Positions 57,703 to 64,000 of a stretch of 64,000 nucleotides of DNA are shown here, piece by piece. The DNA comes from a virus: IMG/VR virus record IMGVR_UViG_3300032401_000001, positions 1-64,000 of that record; one strand, 5' to 3'. How positions within the stretch are numbered: position 1 is the first letter of the stretch; the number at the start of each line of letters is the position of its first letter. The notes under the pieces were generated by a model, which saw nothing but the letters and a program-made list of their open reading frames with translations, did no database searches and had not been told where the DNA came from. A program made the position numbers and the translations under genes.

Positions 57703-58260
57703 ATGGTCACCAGCTACGGCTACGTGCCGGCAGCGGGGTACCGGGTACGTCGTGACGCGCCACGTACCCGTGACCTGCGCCAAGCCCTGCGTAGTCGCAA
57801 GGGCGAATGCAAGAACGGCAACCACCGTACGGAAATCGACGATCCCATCGTACCCGTGCCGGGCTATCCCGACCTGCAGAAGTGCGAGGGCTGTGAGCTG
57901 CTGTTGAAGTGCAACTCCAGCGGCGTGGCGGGACCCCCCTGGCAATCGAGCCGTGATCGTGAAGCACCCGACAACCAGCCACTCGAGTACTACCGCTGCT
58001 TGCGCGAGACCAAGCGCATCCGTTTCTATTTTCACGGCACCTGTTGTGTCGAGCTGGACATCAAGGCGCAGCTAGTGACCGACCACTCGACCTACGGCTG
58101 GTCCGTGTCGACAGGCCGCGCTATCCGGTGGTACCTCGAAGCTCTCGACGACGAGAACTACATCGGTTCGCGCGATCGCGTCTACGAGCTCATCAAGCTC
58201 TTCCGTAAGCACGGCCGCGGCAGCTACTTCGACGACGCGCCGTGGTACCCCACCTCCTGA
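57703..58260 (+). CDS. Hypothetical protein
   Basis: SD AGGAG; 185 aa. Confidence 0.65.
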   Translation: MVTSYGYVPAAGYRVRRDAPRTRDLRQALRSRKGECKNGNHRTEIDDPIVPVPGYPDLQKCEGCELLLKCNSSGVAGPPWQSSRDREAPDNQPLEYYRCLRETKRIRFYFHGTCCVELDIKAQLVTDHSTYGWSVSTGRAIRWYLEALDDENYIGSRDRVYELIKLFRKHGRGSYFDDAPWYPTS

Positions 58261-58270
58261 AGGAGTTGCT

Positions 58271-58675
58271 GTGCCCCTCACCAAAGAGAAGATCAACGAC
58301 ATCTGGCACGCCGGCTATTGCCGCCAGACCGTGGCGGTTGCGCAGAAGACCGATGATAACCCTGCCGGCGCCCGCCAGCGGCTTCACTACCTGCAGCTGC
58401 ACATCATCAACGAGCGTTGCGAAGATTGTGACTTCGCCAACCGGCTCAAGGCGCTCGAGGCAGTCGTGGCACAGCGCATGGGCGCCAAGGCATACGCTCT
58501 GTTCTTGCACGGCGGCGACATCACCAAGATGAACGAAGATGACCCGCACGCCAAGCGTCTCTACGAGAAGACGTTGGTGCAGGTTCTCGACGGGGCCATC
58601 ACCGCCGGCGTCATTCCGGAGCGCATGCGCGACTGGATGACCACCGTCGCAGAGCGGAAGGATTTCGAACCATGA
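58271..58675 (+). CDS. Hypothetical protein
   Basis: SD AGGAG, GTG start; 134 aa. Confidence 0.7.
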   Translation: MPLTKEKINDIWHAGYCRQTVAVAQKTDDNPAGARQRLHYLQLHIINERCEDCDFANRLKALEAVVAQRMGAKAYALFLHGGDITKMNEDDPHAKRLYEKTLVQVLDGAITAGVIPERMRDWMTTVAERKDFEP

Positions 58676-59619
58676 GCGAAGATCACCTCGGCAAGTTCGT
58701 CGGGTCCAAGGCTGGGCAAGCGCTGTTGCAGGACATCCACAAGATTGCTGACGCGGCGGCGCGCTGGGCCATCACTCAACCCCGTGTCGTCTCCAGCGAA
58801 GAGTTCGCCGCCTGGGCGGCCAAGCAAGCAACCACTGCGCCCGTGGCGCCTGAGTTGCCGTCCTACCTCGATGACGTCGCCAAGCAGCATGCGGCGCTCC
58901 TGCAGAAGGAAGGCGAGCCCCTGGTACAAGAGGGCGAGAAGCCCACCTGGTGGTTCCCTCGGGTCTACCGCCCCTACATCGAAGCCTATGCGTTCCGCCG
59001 GGCCGACGATGGGTTCTATCGCTTCGAGGCCATCCTCCTGGGTGAGAGTCCGGAGGCCCTCCGTTCCGTCACCATCGTCGGTGATTGCGACAACGACACC
59101 TACTACTTCGGGGGCAAGAATTCACGCCTGGCGATGGCTCACCTGCTCGGTCACAGCGATACCAACTACCTGCTGTCGAAGGGCAGTGTGAAGCAGGTCT
59201 TCACGGCAGCGCGTGCGTCTGACGACTTCACGGCTTTCTGCGAGTCCAACGCGTGCGATCTCGAGAAGTCCGTCGCTCAACTCAAGCAGGACCACGCAGC
59301 TCATGAGGGCGAGGATCGTGCCGCTGAGCTCGCCGATGAACTGAAGCCCCTCGAGCAGGATGTTGAATCCTGGCGCGCCCTCGGTGACGAAGTCGGTTCT
59401 GCCATTCGGAACTGCGCCGAAGGTCTCAGTACGATGTACGACATCCTCGACAGCGCTCTCGAAGCAGAAGAGTGCTACGCACGTCTCCGCGAGTTCATCC
59501 CTGATCGGTGCGACTGCACCTGGGGCGACGACTACGACGACATGACCTACAGCCGCGTGAAGCAGTTGCGCTGGTTCGGGCTGTGGTTGGAGAAGCACCT
59601 CACCGAAGGAGGCGCGTGA
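58672..59619 (+). CDS. Hypothetical acidic protein
   Basis: ATGA coupling; 315 aa. Confidence 0.7.
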   Translation: MSEDHLGKFVGSKAGQALLQDIHKIADAAARWAITQPRVVSSEEFAAWAAKQATTAPVAPELPSYLDDVAKQHAALLQKEGEPLVQEGEKPTWWFPRVYRPYIEAYAFRRADDGFYRFEAILLGESPEALRSVTIVGDCDNDTYYFGGKNSRLAMAHLLGHSDTNYLLSKGSVKQVFTAARASDDFTAFCESNACDLEKSVAQLKQDHAAHEGEDRAAELADELKPLEQDVESWRALGDEVGSAIRNCAEGLSTMYDILDSALEAEECYARLREFIPDRCDCTWGDDYDDMTYSRVKQLRWFGLWLEKHLTEGGA

Positions 59620-59924
59620 TGGCTCTGCTCATCACCAGCACTGGCGAAGAACGCGAAGTGAAAGGCTCCAGCAAAGGTGGCAAGTTCGAGCTGCCTCAGC
59701 TCTACCAGCTCATCGAAACCGACATGGTGCAGATGGTGCCCGTGAAGGTCACGCACAACGGCGTCAACTACAACGAGGTCTGGTGCGACGAAGAGGGCAA
59801 GCTGAAGGCCAAGCCCATCAACGCCAAGGCCACACGGCTGGCAAAGACCAGCCTCTTCGAAGGCGACATGCTCGTCGGCACCGTACTGTTCATGCGCACC
59901 CGCAAAGAGGGGGGTTCCCGGTGA
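59619..59924 (+). CDS. DUF3846-like protein
   Basis: LPQLYQLI...VQMV...WCDEEGKLKAKPINAKAT...LVGTVLF. Confidence 0.75.
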   Translation: MALLITSTGEEREVKGSSKGGKFELPQLYQLIETDMVQMVPVKVTHNGVNYNEVWCDEEGKLKAKPINAKATRLAKTSLFEGDMLVGTVLFMRTRKEGGSR

Positions 59925-60151
59925 AGACCAGGATCATCATCAGAGGCATGTCCATCAACGGGGTTCAGTTGCTGCTGCTGGACGACAAGGGTCAGGAGTT
60001 GAAGCGGCTCTGTCCGCATTGCGGCGCCAAGAAGGCCATCTCAGAGTTCGGTCTGCGCAGCATGACTGCCCGGCCGGGCAATGCTCCGGTCGTGCGCCTG
60101 CAGCCGTGGTGCACCCCTTGCCGCAGCGACGAACGTCGCACGGCACGATGA
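59921..60151 (+). CDS. Small zinc-finger protein
   Basis: CPHCGAKKAISEF...WCTPC. Confidence 0.65.
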   Translation: MKTRIIIRGMSINGVQLLLLDDKGQELKRLCPHCGAKKAISEFGLRSMTARPGNAPVVRLQPWCTPCRSDERRTAR

Positions 60152-60429
60152 GCATGTCTGCCCGGGACGTGCTGCGCGTACTGCAGCTGCGCTTCGGTGA
60201 GTACGATGCCAAGCTGCGTGCCCGCGCCATCTTCGAACAGCTCTCGGGTGCCCTGCTGCACATCGCTACGCTCGAGAGCGTCGCGGTGCTGTTGGCACTC
60301 CACGAGCTCATCCGCGAAGCTATCCATCGCAACCCGATGCTGCGGCCCTACGCGCTGTATCTCGAGAAGCTGGTCACGTACGTCGAGAAGCGACTCGAGG
60401 AACGCCTGGCTGCAACGAGGACACCGTGA
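60148..60429 (+). CDS. Hypothetical protein
   Basis: ATGA coupling; 93 aa, helical. Confidence 0.6.
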   Translation: MSMSARDVLRVLQLRFGEYDAKLRARAIFEQLSGALLHIATLESVAVLLALHELIREAIHRNPMLRPYALYLEKLVTYVEKRLEERLAATRTP

Positions 60430-61055
60430 CCCAGGTCATGACCAGCAACGACGGTGAGTCGCAGATCCGGGGCGACCCCGGTCACTCGTCGTACTTCCAG
60501 GGCGGCTATCGGTCCTATGGTCGCTACCAGTGGAACTGCAAGTACCACGATTGGGGTTTCGCGGGCGAAGAGGGCAGCTTCGAGGATGAGGTCGAAGGCG
60601 CCCGCCGGTTCTTCTTCGGGGAGTACATCCGCGACAAGCATGGCCGCAAGGGCGGCTACGAGGCGCTGCCCGCCATCATCGGTCGCAAGCCCTTCGACGA
60701 AGGCGGTGCGCTGATCGACTCCGGCTTCTCCGGTCGGTCCGGAGGTTGGTTCGTCGTCGACGAAGACCTCACCGATGAAGAGCTTGAGAAGCTCGACACG
60801 TACATCAAAGAGATGATGGACGACGGACTCAAGCTGTACCTCAAAGATGAGCGCGCCTTCCGGCAGCAAGAAAAGGCCGACGCTGAAGCTGAAGCACGTG
60901 AACGTCGGTGGAAAGTCCTCAGTGACAAGCGCCTACAGCGCATCGCGGCACAGCTGCGCAAGATCGCCGGCGCGGACTTCTCGCTCATCGTCCATGGCGT
61001 CGATGTCGTCAAGACACTCGAAGAGACGCTGACGGAACCAGAGAAGAGCTTATGA
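60426..61055 (+). CDS. Hypothetical protein
   Basis: 209 aa; GTGA coupling. Confidence 0.7.
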   Translation: MTQVMTSNDGESQIRGDPGHSSYFQGGYRSYGRYQWNCKYHDWGFAGEEGSFEDEVEGARRFFFGEYIRDKHGRKGGYEALPAIIGRKPFDEGGALIDSGFSGRSGGWFVVDEDLTDEELEKLDTYIKEMMDDGLKLYLKDERAFRQQEKADAEAEARERRWKVLSDKRLQRIAAQLRKIAGADFSLIVHGVDVVKTLEETLTEPEKSL

Positions 61056-61062
61056 TAAGCCC

Positions 61063-61344
61063 ATGGGTTGCCTGCACGACGGAAGCGAATCTCACGTGAG
61101 GTTACACCTCATCCGGGAAGAGTCGTCACTGCTGGAAGCCTCTGAAACGCTCTCACCACCGGAGCCGCGGCGGGTTCGCTGCGTCTTGTGGATTCTCATC
61201 GGCGTCGCTGTGCTGCTACTCGGCGGCAGCGTTCTCTCAACGCTGTGCACCGCTCGGCAGCACGTGCTGGGCGTCGTGGCTACGGTAGTGATCTGGCTGC
61301 AGGCGTTCTCCTGCTTCGTACGTGCCTACCGCAATACGCACTGA
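61063..61344 (+). CDS. Small membrane protein (two hydrophobic segments)
   Basis: VLWILIGVAVLLLGGSVL and VLGVVATVVIWLQAFSCFV. Confidence 0.6.
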   Translation: MGCLHDGSESHVRLHLIREESSLLEASETLSPPEPRRVRCVLWILIGVAVLLLGGSVLSTLCTARQHVLGVVATVVIWLQAFSCFVRAYRNTH

Positions 61345-61367
61345 TTCCCCGTTGCACGAGGAGTCCC

Positions 61368-61859
61368 ATGCCCAAGTCGAAGGAAGTCCTTCGCCTGGCG
61401 ATCCCGAAGACTGTCCAGCTCCCGATGAAGGGCCGGAAGTTGACGGAGGAGGACCAGGCGATCATCGCCAATCGCTACCAGCTCAACGATACCTACATGA
61501 CCATCAAGAAGGAGCTGGGCTGCAACGTGGCGCGCATCGCTGAAGTCGCGCAGCTCTACAAGCTGCCCCCGCGTAACCCGGGCAAGATGGGCAAGCGGCG
61601 CCGCAAAAACGACTGTGCCCAGCCGCCGAATGCCAAGGCTACCGCGGCACGGGCCAACGCCGCGCTGCAAGCGACGGCCGCCGCGCCACCGATGCTGCAC
61701 CCCTACACCTCCATCCAGCGGCTCACCGCCGAGTACCTCGGGCAGATGCAGGGGCTTCTGCACAACGAGCTCGTACGCGTCACCATCACCAAAGATGCGG
61801 CGGGCCAGGTCGAGCTGACCTACGACCTGGTGGAGCGGCATCGCCAGAAGTGGCCCTAG
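61368..61859 (+). CDS. Putative HTH DNA-binding protein
   Basis: SD AGGAG; IIANRYQLNDTYMTIKKELGCNVARIAEVA is HTH-like. Confidence 0.6.
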   Translation: MPKSKEVLRLAIPKTVQLPMKGRKLTEEDQAIIANRYQLNDTYMTIKKELGCNVARIAEVAQLYKLPPRNPGKMGKRRRKNDCAQPPNAKATAARANAALQATAAAPPMLHPYTSIQRLTAEYLGQMQGLLHNELVRVTITKDAAGQVELTYDLVERHRQKWP

Positions 61860-61868
61860 GAGGGCACC

Positions 61869-62303
61869 ATGATCGACGTTCGGCTGAAGCAAGTCGTCTC
61901 CGCGTCGTTCAACAAGAGCTGTCACACGCAGCTCGAAGAGTTCCGTCGCGCCAACAAGGGCAACAACGATCTCGTCGATGGCTTCAAGCAAGGCGAAGCT
62001 GTCATGTTCCTCTCGCTCGGCGAGAACCAGCTGCGCTTCTGCTACAAGCCCATCGAGGCCGAGCGCGGCGAGCTGCTCGGCTCAGCCGAGTGCTGGATGC
62101 CGGATCACGTCCACACCAGCTACTTCTGGCTGCAGATCCGCCTGAGCGGCCGCTGGAACCCGCTCATGCTGGCCAACATCGCCAAGCGCGCCGGCATCCA
62201 CCTCGTCGGTCTCAAGCACTTCGAGGAGTACTACGAACACCTCCTCACCGAAGACCGCATCACCAAGCGGGAGGTGAAGGAGAAACGGCGCAAGTCCGGC
62301 TAG
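61869..62303 (+). CDS. Hypothetical protein
   Basis: SD GGAGG; 144 aa. Confidence 0.7.
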   Translation: MIDVRLKQVVSASFNKSCHTQLEEFRRANKGNNDLVDGFKQGEAVMFLSLGENQLRFCYKPIEAERGELLGSAECWMPDHVHTSYFWLQIRLSGRWNPLMLANIAKRAGIHLVGLKHFEEYYEHLLTEDRITKREVKEKRRKSG

Positions 62304-62304
62304 G

Positions 62305-62319
62305 CTTTACCGCGTAAAG
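62305..62319. promoter_or_regulatory. Palindromic motif CTTTAC-CGC-GTAAAG (copy 8)
   Basis: Intergenic, directly before the SD (AAAGGA) of 62334..63152. Confidence 0.65.
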
Positions 62320-62333
62320 AAAGGAAGACGACG

Positions 62334-63152
62334 ATGCCGATGAGCCGCGCCGAGGCCATCTGTGCCTGCCGCAACACCATCGAGGTCATCGAGGCGCTCG
62401 ACGAGATTCTGCCCGCGGAATACGGCACTTCGGTGCACGACCGCACCAAGTCGACCCTCGAGTACATCATGAAGACGCCGCAGTACCCCACCGTCACCGA
62501 GAAGATGGACACCGCCATCCGCAATATCTGGACGGGGCTGCAGAAGTGGAACCGCAAGGGGCAGGCCAACGCGGATCTCTTCTACGGACTGGCGGATGTC
62601 ATCGGTGAACTGTCGCACCCGGCTCCGACTGCGGAACCCGACGAAGAGGCGGCCGGCATGGCCGCCGAGGCGAACCCCGAGTCCACGGCGGACTTCGAAG
62701 CGACAGCACGAGAGATGCTCGGTGAGCTGAGCGAGGCTGACAAACAGCGCCTGGCGGCCATGCGCGCAGGAGTGCAGCGACATACCACTGCTGCGCCAGT
62801 GCCGCCGCCAACTGCATCGAAGTTCATGGATCCGCCGGCGGGTTACATGGACGCGCAGGCGCGTCGCTCCGCCCCGCCGAGCGACTTCGGACTGATTGCG
62901 AAGTTCCTCCAGCTTGCCGCCAAGGCGCGCGAGAACGTCATCGCGATCATCCGCAGTCGTTACCGCGAGCGGGGCGTCAACGTGCTGGACCTCGACAAGA
63001 TCAAGCACGGGGACCTCACGCCCGTGCTGCGCTTGACCACGTCCGAGCGCACCCGCCAGTGCTTGGAGGCCGCCTACACTGCGGGCTACATCGCCGGCGC
63101 CAAGTCCACCATCGAAGAGCTCGAAGAACAGGTACGGAAGAACGGGTCATGA
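62334..63152 (+). CDS. Hypothetical protein
   Basis: 272 aa. Confidence 0.7.
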   Translation: MPMSRAEAICACRNTIEVIEALDEILPAEYGTSVHDRTKSTLEYIMKTPQYPTVTEKMDTAIRNIWTGLQKWNRKGQANADLFYGLADVIGELSHPAPTAEPDEEAAGMAAEANPESTADFEATAREMLGELSEADKQRLAAMRAGVQRHTTAAPVPPPTASKFMDPPAGYMDAQARRSAPPSDFGLIAKFLQLAAKARENVIAIIRSRYRERGVNVLDLDKIKHGDLTPVLRLTTSERTRQCLEAAYTAGYIAGAKSTIEELEEQVRKNGS

Positions 63153-64000
63153 ACCGAATCACGCCGAACGTGATGGGCGTCACTTGGCTCACAGCTACGA
63201 CCAAAGATCGTGGTGACATCCCACTTGAACCGCTGCTCTACGTCGGCCTCGAGCATAAGGAGCCCACCCTGGCCGAGGCAATCGCGTATCTGCCGCGCTA
63301 CCTGCGCCTCATCTGGCCGGGCGGGGTCTATCAGGTACTCGATGCGCATACGCAGCAGCAGGTCTTCGTGCGCGACTCTCCGGTCGACCCGGCGTCGCAT
63401 GAGACCTTTCGGCGCCTGACTCACCACTGGGGCTGGTGGTTCATGCGGCTGGTCTGGTCCGATCGCCAGAAGCAGATGTTCTTCTCGGACTTCCAGATCA
63501 TGCAGGTCGGCGGCAAGGTGTTTCCGCTCCAATCATCCATCGAAACTGCGCTCAACGACCTGAACCTGTCGCGGCAAGCGTTGCACCAGCACCTGACAGC
63601 GGCGTTGCAGTATCCACCTGACGAGGCGCGCGACGAAGTTGCGACGGAACAGATCGAGAAGTACGAAGCTCTCGTCGGACCGCTTCCGGCGCATCTCTCA
63701 ACGTTGTCAGCGCCACCAGGTACGCAGGTAGTAGTCGATCGCCGGAAGTTTCTCGATGGTGAGCTGCGTCAAGCCGACATCACTGACGCGATGTGGGCTA
63801 CGCAGGGCAAGCCGCGGTTCGACCGGGTCATTGCCAAGCCCGACAAGGTCATCAAGGAAAAGCGCGACAAACAGCCCTGCGAGCGCTGTGGCAAAGATGG
63901 GCCGCGCTACCACTACTCGGTGAAGATCGGTGGTAACACGCGCAACGTGTGCATGGACTGCGCCGATGAGCTTGGAGCATCGGAGGTGTTCAAGGAGAAG
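63149..64000 (+). CDS. Hypothetical protein with C-terminal CxxC pairs, 3'-truncated by the window edge
   Basis: Manual translation from ATG 63149 (ATGA overlap) is open to the end: MNRITPNV...PCERC...VCMDC... Confidence 0.7.
   Translation, partial: MNRITPNVMGVTWLTATTKDRGDIPLEPLLYVGLEHKEPTLAEAIAYLPRYLRLIWPGGVYQVLDAHTQQQVFVRDSPVDPASHETFRRLTHHWGWWFMRLVWSDRQKQMFFSDFQIMQVGGKVFPLQSSIETALNDLNLSRQALHQHLTAALQYPPDEARDEVATEQIEKYEALVGPLPAHLSTLSAPPGTQVVVDRRKFLDGELRQADITDAMWATQGKPRFDRVIAKPDKVIKEKRDKQPCERCGKDGPRYHYSVKIGGNTRNVCMDCADELGASEVFKEK

Noticed and set aside
56716-58035. 439-aa - strand ORF
   Set aside because: Antisense to the dNMP kinase and exonuclease, which have clear motifs.
2251-62319. Regular ~6-kb periodicity of the palindrome
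   Set aside because: Gaps range from 4.8 to 13.7 kb, and I found no convincing full sites at the midpoints of the long gaps.
1-64000. tRNA, tmRNA or rRNA genes
   Set aside because: No T-loop/acceptor-stem combination outside CDS was seen; GTTCGAATC-like hits (e.g. ~18566, ~23172) are inside coding regions. tRNAscan/Aragorn would be decisive.

Overview
This is a 64-kb internal segment of a large, GC-rich tailed dsDNA phage genome with a contractile (myovirus-like) tail, probably a jumbo phage. No host genes, tRNAs, rRNAs or CRISPR arrays were seen. The + strand carries replication, repair and nucleotide genes (PD-(D/E)XK nuclease fragment, primase-helicase fusion, UDG-like/family A DNA polymerase fusion, RuvC, class II RNR, UDG, DinG, RNase HII, dNMP kinase, DEDDh exonuclease), a lysis cluster and many small unknown ORFs. 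The - strand carries morphogenesis genes (terminase large subunit, head-like proteins, baseplate, tail, tape measure, tail chaperone) and a sigma factor. Four signals stand out. (1) A retron-type reverse transcriptase lies in a coupled operon with a VWA-metallopeptidase and two unknown 4-Cys proteins, its MoxR ATPase is displaced upstream, and there is no room for an adjacent msr-msd RNA. (2) An ~830-nt non-coding region (7836-8667) is built from two degenerate ~230-260 nt modules with G-U/compensatory stem changes and four AACGAAGT(G/A)G motifs; it is a candidate large structured RNA, possibly the RT's template in trans (a hypothesis only). (3) A palindrome STTTAC-N3-GTAAAS occurs 8 times, often ~25-30 nt before start codons. 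(4) The tail assembly chaperone has a probable -1 frameshift. All functional calls come from motif recognition by eye; no database search was run.
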